Shown here piece after piece: positions 40,223 to 49,769 of a stretch of DNA of 64,000 nucleotides (position 1 is its first letter; every line of letters starts with the position of its first letter). The notes under the pieces were generated by a model. The model did not search any database and was not told the DNA's origin. It saw nothing but the letters and a program-made list of their open reading frames with translations. The position numbers were made by a program, and so were the translations under genes. Origin of the DNA: Gemmatimonadaceae bacterium (lineage in GTDB: Bacteria > Gemmatimonadota > Gemmatimonadetes > Gemmatimonadales > Gemmatimonadaceae); assembly GCA_040380205.1 (NCBI GenBank), contig JBEIJM010000002.1, positions 2,336-66,335 of the forward strand, in the 5' to 3' direction.

Positions 40223-43200
40223 ATGCGTCTCTTGACCCAGAGCGCCGTGGCGCTGGCGATGCTCGTCGCCACCAGCACGGATCTCCTCGCCCAGCGACGG
40301 ATCACCGGCAAGGTGACCGAGGAGGGGAGCACCACCCCGCTGGCGGCCGCCAGCATCCAGGTGGTCGGCACCACGACCGGCACGTACACCGACGCCAACG
40401 GTGCCTTCGGCCTGCAGATCCCCAGCGGCGCGGTGTCGCTGCGCGTCCGCCGCATCGGCTACCAGATGCGCACGGTGCTCGTGCAGGCGGATCAGGGCAC
40501 GGTGGCGGTCGAGCTCAAGAAGGACGTGCTCCAGCTGGAAACGCAGGTGGTCACCGCGCAGAGCGGCTCCATCGAGAAGCGCCAGGCGGCCACCACGGTC
40601 GCCGCGGTCTCGGGCGAGGATCTGAGCCGCGTCCCCGCCATGACGGTGGATCAGGCGCTGCAAGGCAAGGTGACCGGCGCGCGCATCAACATGAACACCG
40701 GCGCCCCCGGCGGCGGTGGCCAGATCCAGATCCGCGGCACCACCTCGATCCTGGGGAACGGTGAGCCACTGTTCGTCATCGACGGCGTGATCATGTCGAA
40801 CGCCTCCATCGCCGGCGGCTCCAACACGCTGACGCGCGCGGGTGGCGCGGCCACCAACATCGCCAGCGTCCAGGACAATCGCACCAACCGCCTGGCGGAC
40901 ATCAATCCCAACGAGATCGAGGACATCCAGATCCTCAAGGACGCCGCCGCCGCCGCCCTGTACGGCTCGCGCGCGACCAACGGCGTCGTGATCATCACCA
41001 CCAAGCGCGGGCGCAGCGGGCAGGCGCGGTGGAACCTGACCCAGCGCCTCGGCCAGTCGTCGCTGCTGCGCGGCATCGGCACGCGCTGCTACGCCGACTC
41101 CAGCGCGGCGGTCACCGCCGCCGCGTCCGCTGCCAGCCAGGCGCTCGCCATCGAGGCGTTCAACGCGGCCAAGGCGGCCAACGGCGGCTCCATCCCCTGC
41201 AACGACCACGTGGGGCAGCTGTTCGGCCGCTCGGCCATGGCGTGGGAGACGGCCATCAACGTGTCCGGCGGCTCCGAGGCCACCCGGTACTTCGCCTCCG
41301 CCAGCCGCAAGGTGGACGGCGGTATCGCCGTCAACACCGGCGCGCTGCGCGACAACGCCCGCATCAACCTCGACCAGAACATCTCGAGCCGCCTGCAGGC
41401 CCGCATCGACCTTGGCTACACCCGGTCGATCGCCAACCGCGGCCTGTCCAACAACGGCAATGATCCGAACACGTCGCCGCTCTACGTGCTCGGCAAGACG
41501 CCCAGCTTCCTCGACCTGCGCACGCGCGACGCGTCGGGCGTCTTCCCGGTGAATCGCTTCGGTGGCGGTGGCGCGGCGGCGAACACCTCGAACCCGTTCC
41601 AGACCTTCGAGCACGTCACCAACGACGAGAACGTCGACCGCTTCCTCGGGTCGGCCACCCTCGGCTGGCAGGCCCTCGCCACCGACGTCAACCAGGTGCG
41701 CGTCGAGTACCAGATCGGCGTGGACCGGTTCACCCAGGACAACTTCCTCTACAGCCCCAACTTCCTGCAGTTCGAGCCGCAGGACGGCCTCCCGGGGACC
41801 GTGGTCAACACCAACGCGTATTCGCGCCAGTTCAATCAGGTCCTCCGGGCCAACTGGAACTTCACCCCGACCAGCGGCTTCGCGTCCTTCCGCACGTCGG
41901 CGGGGATTACGGAGGAGCAGCAGGGGCTCAACGTCTCGCGCGTCCGCGCGCAGGGGCTCATCCCCGGCGTGGTGAACGTCAATCAGGGGCAGCAGCTCAC
42001 CTTCCAGAACCAGGAGCTGCAGACCGACCAGGGGCTGTTCCTGCAGACCACCGCGCTGGCCCTCGATGACCGCCTGACCCTCGGTGCCGGCGTGCGGGGC
42101 GACCGCTCCAGCAACAACGGCGACCGCAGCAAGTACTACGTGTTCCCCAGCGCGCAGGCCTCCTATCGCTTCGGCAAGATCCTCCCGGGGGTCGACGAGT
42201 TCAAGCTCCTGGCCAACTGGGGGCAGACCGGCAACCGCCCGCTGTACGGCCAGCGGTTCATCACGTTCGGCAACACGCCGTTCATCAACGGCGTGAACGG
42301 CATCGGCACCAATCCCACCCTCGGCAACCCCGAGGTGCGCCCGGAACGGAAGACCGACTACGTGCTGGGCTTCACGATGGCGGGCCTGGGCCAGCGGCTC
42401 AGCCTCGACTACGCGTATGTCAACACGCGCATCGACGACGTGCTCTTCAACCGCCCCATCCCGCCCACCGCGGGCATCTCGCAGCAGATCTTCAACGGCG
42501 GCCGCCTGCGCAACACCGCGCAGGAGATCTCCATGACGGTCGTGCCGGTGCAGCGCCAGGGGATGACGTGGGTGAGCCGGACCGCGTTCCAGCAGATCCG
42601 GAACGTCACCGAGCAGCTTCCCATCCCGCCCTTCAACCCGGCCAACGTCGGCTTCGGCGCCGCCTATGGCCGTCCGCGCATCACGCAGGGGGTCTCCACG
42701 ACCGCCATCTGGGGCAACCGCCCGATCTTCCGGGATGACGGCTCCGTGGTCACCCGCGACACCATCATCGGCGACGCAGTCCCCGACCACGAGATGTTCT
42801 TCACGAACACCTTCACCGTCGGTCGCTTCACCCTCAACACGCAGGTGGACTGGCGCAAGGGTGGCGACCTGACCAACCTCACCCAGAACATCTGGGACCA
42901 GTTCCAGCGCGCGCGCGACTTCGACGCGCCCTCGCCGTGCCGCGGCCAGACCGCCGCCAACCTCGCCTGCGTGCGCAACGCCGGCGGCGTGCGGACCCTG
43001 CTGGACACCTCGGCGACCGCCACCCTCGGGCGCTACCGGTTCGCCCGCTGGAACAACGGCAACGACGCCCGCGTGTACGTGCAGGACGGCTCCTTCGTGA
43101 AGCTGCGCGAGGTTTCGCTCACCTACAGCGTGCCGCAGTCCGTGGCTCGCCGCCTCCTCGGCGACCGCGTTGGCGATGTGCGCCTCAACGTCGTGGGCCG

Positions 43201-43342
43201 CAACCTGGCCGTGTTCATGGACTACTGGGGCATGGACCCCGAGGTCACCAACTTCGGCAACGGCCCCATCCGCAGTGCCGTCGACCTCGCGCCGTTCCCC
43301 CCCAGCCGCCAGTTCTTCTTCAGCGTGGACGTGGGGTTCTGA
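40223..43342 (+). CDS. SusC/RagA-family TonB-dependent transporter
   Basis: Signal peptide, carboxypeptidase-regulatory-like N-domain, PLFVIDGV, signature INPNEIEDIQILKDAAAAALYGSRATNGVVIITTKRG, C-terminal Phe. Confidence 0.95.
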   Translation: MRLLTQSAVALAMLVATSTDLLAQRRITGKVTEEGSTTPLAAASIQVVGTTTGTYTDANGAFGLQIPSGAVSLRVRRIGYQMRTVLVQADQGTVAVELKKDVLQLETQVVTAQSGSIEKRQAATTVAAVSGEDLSRVPAMTVDQALQGKVTGARINMNTGAPGGGGQIQIRGTTSILGNGEPLFVIDGVIMSNASIAGGSNTLTRAGGAATNIASVQDNRTNRLADINPNEIEDIQILKDAAAAALYGSRATNGVVIITTKRGRSGQARWNLTQRLGQSSLLRGIGTRCYADSSAAVTAAASAASQALAIEAFNAAKAANGGSIPCNDHVGQLFGRSAMAWETAINVSGGSEATRYFASASRKVDGGIAVNTGALRDNARINLDQNISSRLQARIDLGYTRSIANRGLSNNGNDPNTSPLYVLGKTPSFLDLRTRDASGVFPVNRFGGGGAAANTSNPFQTFEHVTNDENVDRFLGSATLGWQALATDVNQVRVEYQIGVDRFTQDNFLYSPNFLQFEPQDGLPGTVVNTNAYSRQFNQVLRANWNFTPTSGFASFRTSAGITEEQQGLNVSRVRAQGLIPGVVNVNQGQQLTFQNQELQTDQGLFLQTTALALDDRLTLGAGVRGDRSSNNGDRSKYYVFPSAQASYRFGKILPGVDEFKLLANWGQTGNRPLYGQRFITFGNTPFINGVNGIGTNPTLGNPEVRPERKTDYVLGFTMAGLGQRLSLDYAYVNTRIDDVLFNRPIPPTAGISQQIFNGGRLRNTAQEISMTVVPVQRQGMTWVSRTAFQQIRNVTEQLPIPPFNPANVGFGAAYGRPRITQGVSTTAIWGNRPIFRDDGSVVTRDTIIGDAVPDHEMFFTNTFTVGRFTLNTQVDWRKGGDLTNLTQNIWDQFQRARDFDAPSPCRGQTAANLACVRNAGGVRTLLDTSATATLGRYRFARWNNGNDARVYVQDGSFVKLREVSLTYSVPQSVARRLLGDRVGDVRLNVVGRNLAVFMDYWGMDPEVTNFGNGPIRSAVDLAPFPPSRQFFFSVDVGF

Positions 43343-43381
43343 GCCATGACCACCAACATCACGCCCGTGCGGAGTGACCGC

Positions 43382-44776
43382 ATGACCCGACGACTCCCGG
43401 CGCTCCTTGCTGCCGCCCTGCTCGCGGCCGGCTGCAGCGCCGACCGCCTGAACATTCCGAACTACAACGAGGCGAGCTCCGACCAGACGGTCGATCGCCC
43501 GCTCCTCCAGAACCTCGCCTCGGGCATCCTCGCCGAACAGCGGGGAGGCCTGGTGGGCCTGATCTCCAACGTGGGGATCTTCGGGCGCGAGAGCTACCTC
43601 TACACCAGCTCGGAGCCTCGCAACACCACGCTCTTCCTCGGCACGTTCCCGCTCGACAACTCGGGCTTCACCAACGGCCAGTGGGATCCGCGGTTCCGGA
43701 ACGCCCGCAACGCCATTGAGTTGATCCGCGCTGCCAACGGCGCCGCGTTCCTGAGTGATGGTGAGAAGAACGCGGTGCGCGGATTTGCCAACACCTTGCG
43801 CGCGCTCGACTTCTTCTACGTGCTGGCCACGCGGGACACGATCGGCATTCCGACCGCCATCGACATCCAGACCAACCAGCCGCAGCCCTTCGTCTCCCGT
43901 GATTCGGCGTACCGCTTCATCAGCGGCATCCTCGACTCCGCGGCAACGCAGCTGTCGGCAGCCGGCTCGGCGGCGTTCCCGTTCACCCTCCCCCCCGGCT
44001 TCGCCGGGTTCAACACGCCGGCCACCTACCGCCAGTTCAACCGCGCCCTGGCGGCCCGCGTGCATATCTACCGGGGCTCCACCGACTGTGGTGCGGCCTG
44101 CTTCACCGCGGCACTCACCGCACTCGGGGAGTCATTCCTGAGCGCGGCGGCCGGTGCCGACCTGCGGCGCGGCGTGTACCACACGTTCAGCACCGCGGCG
44201 GGCGACGCGCTCAACTCGCTTTCCATCCCGGTCACGCCTGACCAGCTCGCGCACCCGAGCATCCGCCCGGACGCGCAGCTGCAGGCCAACGGCACCCGGG
44301 ACCAGCGCTTCGTCACCAAGATCCGGTCGATTGCCACGCGCAATGCGCCCGGTGGCATCGCCGTCGGCATCCCCACCGACGTCGGCTTCGCCCTCTACCC
44401 CGAGCAGACCACCCCGCTGCCGATCATCCGCAACGAGGAGCTCATCCTCCTGCGGGCCGAGGCGAACATCGGGCTGGGGCAGTTTGCCACGGCGCTCACG
44501 GACCTCAACTACATCCGCACGAACGCCGGGCTGCTCCCGCCGCTCCCCTCCCTCGACACCCGCGATGCGGCTATCGACGCTCTCCTCTACGAGCGGCGCT
44601 ACTCGCTCCTGTGGGAGGGGCACCGGTGGTTTGACGTGCGCCGCTGGGGGCGGCTGCTCACCCTCCCCTTGGACATCCCCACGCACTTCCGTGCGCGCGT
44701 GATGCCCGTGCCGCAGTCCGAGTGCCTGGCTCGCACCGGGCTCGCCGCAAACCTGCGCGCGCCCGGCTGCCCGTAA
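43382..44776 (+). CDS. SusD/RagB-family lipoprotein
   Basis: Lipobox LAAGC, LPIIRNEELILLRAEA, LYERRYSLLWEGHRWFDVRRWG. Alternative start 43346. Confidence 0.93.
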   Translation: MTRRLPALLAAALLAAGCSADRLNIPNYNEASSDQTVDRPLLQNLASGILAEQRGGLVGLISNVGIFGRESYLYTSSEPRNTTLFLGTFPLDNSGFTNGQWDPRFRNARNAIELIRAANGAAFLSDGEKNAVRGFANTLRALDFFYVLATRDTIGIPTAIDIQTNQPQPFVSRDSAYRFISGILDSAATQLSAAGSAAFPFTLPPGFAGFNTPATYRQFNRALAARVHIYRGSTDCGAACFTAALTALGESFLSAAAGADLRRGVYHTFSTAAGDALNSLSIPVTPDQLAHPSIRPDAQLQANGTRDQRFVTKIRSIATRNAPGGIAVGIPTDVGFALYPEQTTPLPIIRNEELILLRAEANIGLGQFATALTDLNYIRTNAGLLPPLPSLDTRDAAIDALLYERRYSLLWEGHRWFDVRRWGRLLTLPLDIPTHFRARVMPVPQSECLARTGLAANLRAPGCP

Positions 44777-44797
44777 CACGCACGACACTCGCTGGGC

Positions 44798-44834
44798 ACA
44801 CGGCCCGGGTCGCCTCTGGCGACCCGGGCCGTGT
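44798..44834. terminator. Perfect 17-bp inverted repeat between convergent susD and aminopeptidase genes; likely bidirectional terminator or mRNA 3' stabiliser
   Basis: ACACGGCCCGGGTCGCC-TCT-GGCGACCCGGGCCGTGT. No U-tract on either side. Confidence 0.65.
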
Positions 44835-44865
44835 CGCGTCTGGTGCGTCAGGCCATGTCGGCGTG

Positions 44866-47622
44866 TCACGGGACCACGTGGGTCCCCCACTGCGCACGGA
44901 TCCGCACCGTCCGCTCCAGCTCGTCCCGCGCCTGCAGCACCTTCTGCCGCAGGTCCGCCGGCAAGGCCGGGTGCCCCGCCAGCCATCCGTCCACCGCCGC
45001 CAGCGCCCTCGGGCTCACCTGCCCCCCCAGTGTCGCTCCCAGCCAGCTCCCCAGAAAGAAGATCCGCCGGTTCCGCTGGATCCACGGCAGGCTGTCCAGC
45101 GCCGCCGGGACCAGCGGGGCCGTCCAGCCGGCGTGCTCCGGGTCGTGGAAGGCGCGCAGGCTGGAGGTGACCCACTCCTCGTTCAACGCCCCATCGGTGA
45201 ACCACCGCCGGAACAGCGCCGCCTTCCCCGCCGAGTCGGGACGGGCCGCCTCCGCCACGAACGCCAGCCGCGCCCCGTCGGGCGACGGGTCCCGCGTGCG
45301 CTCCCCCGCCAGCCGCGCCTCGGCCCCGGGGGCGCCGCGCCCCACTAACCGGGTCACCAGCGCCCACCGCGTGGGCGCCCGAAGCGGGAGCCCGGCCGCC
45401 GAGCTGCTGTCCAGCCACGCGTCCAGCCGCCCCAGCGCGCCCGCGCTCCGGGCCAGGCCGATAAAGGCATCCAGGTGGGTTTTCCGCAGGCCATAGGACC
45501 GGCGGCCGTCCTCCGCCCCCGCCAGCAGCACCGCCTCCACCTGCGGCAGCAGCGTGTCCCGCGCCGCCCCCGTCGCGTAGCGCGTCGCCGCCGTCACCAC
45601 CCGGGAGACCAGTGCGGCGGCCACCTGCTCGTCCCCCTCTGAAGGCAGTGCGGCCAGCGCCATCCGGACATACCGGGCCGGGTCCAGCTGCGCCTCACGC
45701 ACCAGGTCCCACAACGCCCCCCACACCATGGCGCGCAGGAAGGGGTCGCCAAGGGTCGCCGCCCCCGTCTCCAGCCAGCGCACGCTGGCCGAGTCCGGCA
45801 ACACCAGGGCGTACCCGTAGTCGCCATGGTTGGCAAAGACGAAGTCCGGCGCCGGGCGGCCATGTGCCGACGTCACCAGAGTGGTGTCCCCCCGCAGCTC
45901 CACCGGCAGCCGCTCCGAGCGGCCGTCGCCCCGGTACAGCAGCACCTCCAGCTTCTGCGGCCACCCCCCCGCCCCCGACAGCGACGGCTGCGCCGGGCGC
46001 TGGACCAACGCCAGCCGCGCGATCCGCCCATCCCGCACCCGCAGCTGCTGCGTCACTACCGGCATGCCGGGGCGGAGGAACCACTGGCGCCCCCAGGGGG
46101 TGAGATCGCGTCCGGCGGCGCGCCCCACCTGCGCCAACAGCCCCTGCCAGGTGGCGTTGCCAAAGGCATGGGCCTGCAGGAAGGTGCGCACCCCGCGCTG
46201 GAACGCGGCGGGTCCCACCAGATACTCCAGCTGCCGCAGCAGCGCCGGCGCCTTGTTGTATACGATGGGGCCGTAGTTGCTCTTGGCCTGGTCCAGGTTC
46301 CCCAGCCGCTGCCACACCGGCGTGGTCCCCGCCGTGGCGTCGGTGGCGTAGGCCGTGGGCTTGTTGCGCAGGTAGAACCCCTTCCACGCATCCGACGCCG
46401 GGTCCACCTCGGCCTGCATGCGCGCCGCCATGTAGGTGGCAAACCCCTCCTTCAGCCAGAGGTCGTCAAACCACCGCATGGTCACGTAGTCGCCAAACCA
46501 CTGGTGGGCGACCTCATGGAACGTGGTGGCCTGCCGCCCGAGCCGCTGCGCGAGGGTGGACGGCTCCCGGTCGGTAAAGCTGTCCTCGTTGTAGAACACC
46601 GCCCCGGGGTGCTCCATCCCGCCAAAGGGGAACGCCGGTGCCAGCAGCAGGGCATACTTGCCGAAGGGGTAGGGGACCCCGAACCAGGCGCCCAGCCAGC
46701 GGAGCGCCCGTGCGTTGAGCGCGATCAGCGAGTCCGCGGCCACCTCCGCCGCCCGCGACGGGCGCATCCACAGCTCCACCGGCACCGCCGCCTCGCCGGG
46801 ACGGATCACCTCCGCACGGGTGGCCACCTGCCAGGGGCCGGCGGCAAAGGCGATGAGATAGCTGCTGATCGGGGCCGTGGGGGCAAAGCGGTGCGTCCAC
46901 CAGGTGCCGGTGGAGTCGGTGTGCTGCAGTGCACCGTTGGCGAGCGCCCGCCACCCGGCGGGGGTGGTCAGCTCCAGCGAGACGCGCGCCTTGAGGTCGG
47001 GCTGGTCAAACACCGGGAACAGCAGGTTGGCGTCGGACGGCACCAGCAGCGTGTACAGGAATGGGCGCCCATCGGTGGCGTCCACCGAGCGGATGATGGC
47101 GGCCCCGGCGGCCGCGACCGGGCTCTGGAAGGCGATCGAGACCCGGTTCTCCCCCACGCGCAGCGCTGTCTCCGGCAGCAGCAGGTGGGCGCCGTCCCAC
47201 GGGATATCCAGCGGCTGGCCATTCACGGCGGTTTCCCCCACCCCAAGGCCGCGGAAATCCAGCACCACGGGGCCAGGGCGCCGCATGGTGAAGCGGACCA
47301 TGACGGAGCCGGTGGCGGTGTCGCCGGCGCTCAGCCGCATCTGCAGCTCGTAGCGGACGCTGGCCACCCGCGCCCGGCGCGCCTCCGCCAGCGCCACCGA
47401 CACGCCGGGGCCGGGCACGCGCAACGGGTCCACCGCAGGTCGCGCCGGACGACCGGAGGGCGGGGCGGACTGCGCGGGGAGGGCGGACGCCAGAAGGGTG
47501 GACGTCGCCCCGGCCAGCAGGGCGAGCGCCGCAGAGGTCGCGCGTGCTGCGGGGGCCAGGTGGCAAGGGCGGCCGCACGGCCGACGCGCGAAGAGCGGAA
47601 GACCGGAGAGGAAGGGGAGCAT
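44866..47622 (-). CDS. Secreted M1 family aminopeptidase (PepN-like)
   Basis: FDQPDLKA, GGMEHPG (GxMEN variant), HEVAH-x18-E (LKEG), VYNKA, N-terminal signal-like segment. Confidence 0.93.
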   Translation of the reverse strand: MLPFLSGLPLFARRPCGRPCHLAPAARATSAALALLAGATSTLLASALPAQSAPPSGRPARPAVDPLRVPGPGVSVALAEARRARVASVRYELQMRLSAGDTATGSVMVRFTMRRPGPVVLDFRGLGVGETAVNGQPLDIPWDGAHLLLPETALRVGENRVSIAFQSPVAAAGAAIIRSVDATDGRPFLYTLLVPSDANLLFPVFDQPDLKARVSLELTTPAGWRALANGALQHTDSTGTWWTHRFAPTAPISSYLIAFAAGPWQVATRAEVIRPGEAAVPVELWMRPSRAAEVAADSLIALNARALRWLGAWFGVPYPFGKYALLLAPAFPFGGMEHPGAVFYNEDSFTDREPSTLAQRLGRQATTFHEVAHQWFGDYVTMRWFDDLWLKEGFATYMAARMQAEVDPASDAWKGFYLRNKPTAYATDATAGTTPVWQRLGNLDQAKSNYGPIVYNKAPALLRQLEYLVGPAAFQRGVRTFLQAHAFGNATWQGLLAQVGRAAGRDLTPWGRQWFLRPGMPVVTQQLRVRDGRIARLALVQRPAQPSLSGAGGWPQKLEVLLYRGDGRSERLPVELRGDTTLVTSAHGRPAPDFVFANHGDYGYALVLPDSASVRWLETGAATLGDPFLRAMVWGALWDLVREAQLDPARYVRMALAALPSEGDEQVAAALVSRVVTAATRYATGAARDTLLPQVEAVLLAGAEDGRRSYGLRKTHLDAFIGLARSAGALGRLDAWLDSSSAAGLPLRAPTRWALVTRLVGRGAPGAEARLAGERTRDPSPDGARLAFVAEAARPDSAGKAALFRRWFTDGALNEEWVTSSLRAFHDPEHAGWTAPLVPAALDSLPWIQRNRRIFFLGSWLGATLGGQVSPRALAAVDGWLAGHPALPADLRQKVLQARDELERTVRIRAQWGTHVVP

Positions 47623-47638
47623 GCGGAGACGTTACTGG

Positions 47639-47667
47639 TTGAACCCCCCATCCGGGAGCGCTACCTT
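47639..47667 (+). promoter_or_regulatory. Sigma70-like promoter for the FmdB-like/argS operon
   Basis: TTGAAC-N17-TACCTT, back-to-back with the -10 element of the divergent peptidase gene. Confidence 0.55.
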
Positions 47668-47724
47668 TCGGGGTTGCGGCTCCTCGGCTGTCCCTGCAGT
47701 TGTCCCGGTCCAAGTCTCGTTGCC

Positions 47725-48120
47725 ATGCCGACTTACGAATTTCGCTGCCCCGATGGCACCATCGTCGAGCGCGTCTTCAAGATCTCCGAGGTCCCCGAGA
47801 CCATTCCGTCACCCCACGGCGACGGGGTGGCTGTGCGCGTCATCTCCGGGGGCGCCGGGCTGATCTTCAAGGGGAGCGGTTTCTACATCACCGACTACGG
47901 GAAGGACGGGAAGAAGGATCAGCGCGGCACGTCGGGGGGCGACTCCAAGGGGGGGGATTCCAAGGGCGGTGACGCCAAGGGCGGGGAGAGCGGGGGCGCC
48001 GGCAGCGCCTCCGCCGGGGGCGGGGCGGCAACCGCCGGCGCCTCCGGCAGTGCCTCGGGAGGTGCCTCCACCAGCTCCTCCGGCGGATCGTCCTCCGGCA
48101 GCACCCCGGCGGCCTCGTGA
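47725..48120 (+). CDS. FmdB-family (CxxC_CxxC_SSSS-like) small protein with degenerate zinc ribbon and Gly/Ser tail
   Basis: MPTYEFRC...ISGGAGLIFKGSGFYITDY family signature, low-complexity C-terminus. Confidence 0.85.
   Translation: MPTYEFRCPDGTIVERVFKISEVPETIPSPHGDGVAVRVISGGAGLIFKGSGFYITDYGKDGKKDQRGTSGGDSKGGDSKGGDAKGGESGGAGSASAGGGAATAGASGSASGGASTSSSGGSSSGSTPAAS
47935..47991 (+). repeat. Imperfect 15-bp tandem repeat encoding GGDSK-GGDSK-GGDAK-GGES
   Basis: gggggcgactccaag / ggggggattccaag-like units read directly in the sequence. Confidence 0.7.
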
Positions 48121-49769
48121 CCCACGCTGAAGCCCTGCAACAGGAGCTCATACGCGCCGCACGCGCCCTGGGGGCCCCGGATACGGTGGCCCCGGTGCTC
48201 GAGCGCCCGCGCGATCCGGCCTTTGGCGATTGGGCCACCAATCTGGCCATGACGCTGGCCAAGCCGCTGGGGCGCCCGCCGCGCGCCATCGCCGAGGCCC
48301 TGGTGGCGGCCATGGATCTTCCGGCGGTGGGCGTGGCGCACGCCGAGATCGCCGGACCCGGGTTCCTCAACTTCCGGCTCGATCCAGGCTTCCAGGCCCG
48401 CGGGCTGCTGGCGCTGCTGGCCCACCCCGAGCAGTGGGGGCGGCACAACGTGGGGGAGGGCGCCCGCGTGTGCGTGGAGTTCGTCTCCGCCAACCCCACC
48501 GGCCCCCTGCACGTGGGGCACGGGCGCCAGGCCGCGCTGGGCGACGCCATCAGCACCCTGCTGGAGTGGACCGGCTGGCAGGTGGACCGCGAGTTCTACT
48601 ACAACGACGCGGGCACGCAGATCCAGAACCTGGCGCTCAGCACGCAGGCGCGCCTGCGCGCGCGCGCCGGGGAGCCGCTGGTGATCCCGGAGGGCGGGTA
48701 CCACGGCGAGTACATCCGCGAGATCGCCGAGCGCTACGCCGAGGCCCAACCGGGTGACCCGCGCGGCGACGACCTCGATGCGGTGCGCGGCGCCGCGGTG
48801 GCCGCCCTGCGCCATGAGCAGGACCTCGACCTCCAGGCCTTCGGCGTCCGCTTCGACACGTATTATCTGGAGAGCTCGCTGTACGCCGACGGGCGCGTCG
48901 CGCGCACCGTCGACGCGTTGGTGGCTTCCGGGCACACGTACGAGGAGGAGGGGGCGCTGTTCCTGCGCACCACCACCTTCGGCGACGACAAGGACCGCGT
49001 GATGCGCAAGAGCGCGGCCAAGGGGGGCGACTTCACCTACTTCGTCCCCGATGTCGCCTATCACGTCACGAAGTGGGAGCGCGGCTACCGCCGGGCCGTC
49101 AACGTGCAGGGCGCCGACCACCACAGCACCACCACGCGGGTGCGCGCCGGGCTGCAGGCGCTGGGCGTGGGGATCCCCGAGGGGTATCCGGAGTACGTCC
49201 TGCACCAGATGGTGACCGTGCTCAAGGGGGGCGAGGAGGTCAAGATCTCCAAGCGCGCCGGGAGCTACGTCACCGTCCGCGACCTCATCGACGAGGTGGG
49301 GCGCGACGCGGTGCGGTACTTCTACCTCATGCGCAAGGGCGATTCCCACCTGGTGTTCGACGTCGACCTGGCGCGCAGCCAGTCGGAGGAGAACCCGGTC
49401 TACTACATCCAGATGGCGCACGCCCGCATGTGCGGCATCTTCCGCGTCGCGGACCTCGATCCGGCCGCCATCACCGGCGAGGGCGTGGACTTCGGCCTGC
49501 TGGCCGAGCCGGCCGAGCAGGAGCTGGTCCGCCAGCTCCTCGACTTCCCCCCGCTGGTGCGCAGCGCCGCCGCCACGCTGGAGCCGCATCGCATCGCCGC
49601 CTGGCTCCTCGAGACCGCCCGCGCCGCGCACACCTGGTACCACCGGCACCACGTCCTCGGCGAGCCCGAGGCCATCACGCGCGCCCGCCTCGTGCTGGCC
49701 CGCGCCACCCAGCTGGGGCTCACCGCCGGGCTCCGCATCCTCGGCCTCTCCGCGCCGGAGCGCATGTGA
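48117..49769 (+). CDS. argS: Arginine--tRNA ligase
   Basis: AGPGFLNF, EFVSANPTGPLHVGHGR, YYNDAG, GADH, KISKR, YYIQMAHAR, APERM. Confidence 0.97.
   Translation: MTHAEALQQELIRAARALGAPDTVAPVLERPRDPAFGDWATNLAMTLAKPLGRPPRAIAEALVAAMDLPAVGVAHAEIAGPGFLNFRLDPGFQARGLLALLAHPEQWGRHNVGEGARVCVEFVSANPTGPLHVGHGRQAALGDAISTLLEWTGWQVDREFYYNDAGTQIQNLALSTQARLRARAGEPLVIPEGGYHGEYIREIAERYAEAQPGDPRGDDLDAVRGAAVAALRHEQDLDLQAFGVRFDTYYLESSLYADGRVARTVDALVASGHTYEEEGALFLRTTTFGDDKDRVMRKSAAKGGDFTYFVPDVAYHVTKWERGYRRAVNVQGADHHSTTTRVRAGLQALGVGIPEGYPEYVLHQMVTVLKGGEEVKISKRAGSYVTVRDLIDEVGRDAVRYFYLMRKGDSHLVFDVDLARSQSEENPVYYIQMAHARMCGIFRVADLDPAAITGEGVDFGLLAEPAEQELVRQLLDFPPLVRSAAATLEPHRIAAWLLETARAAHTWYHRHHVLGEPEAITRARLVLARATQLGLTAGLRILGLSAPERM

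Noticed and set aside
39950-44065. 1371-aa antisense ORF, and similar long shadow ORFs at 6963-9596, 17039-20524, 22211-25909, 36150-39230 and 61514-63967
   Set aside because: They mirror well-supported sense genes. High GC and codon bias remove stops on the opposite strand, and the translations carry no recognisable motifs.
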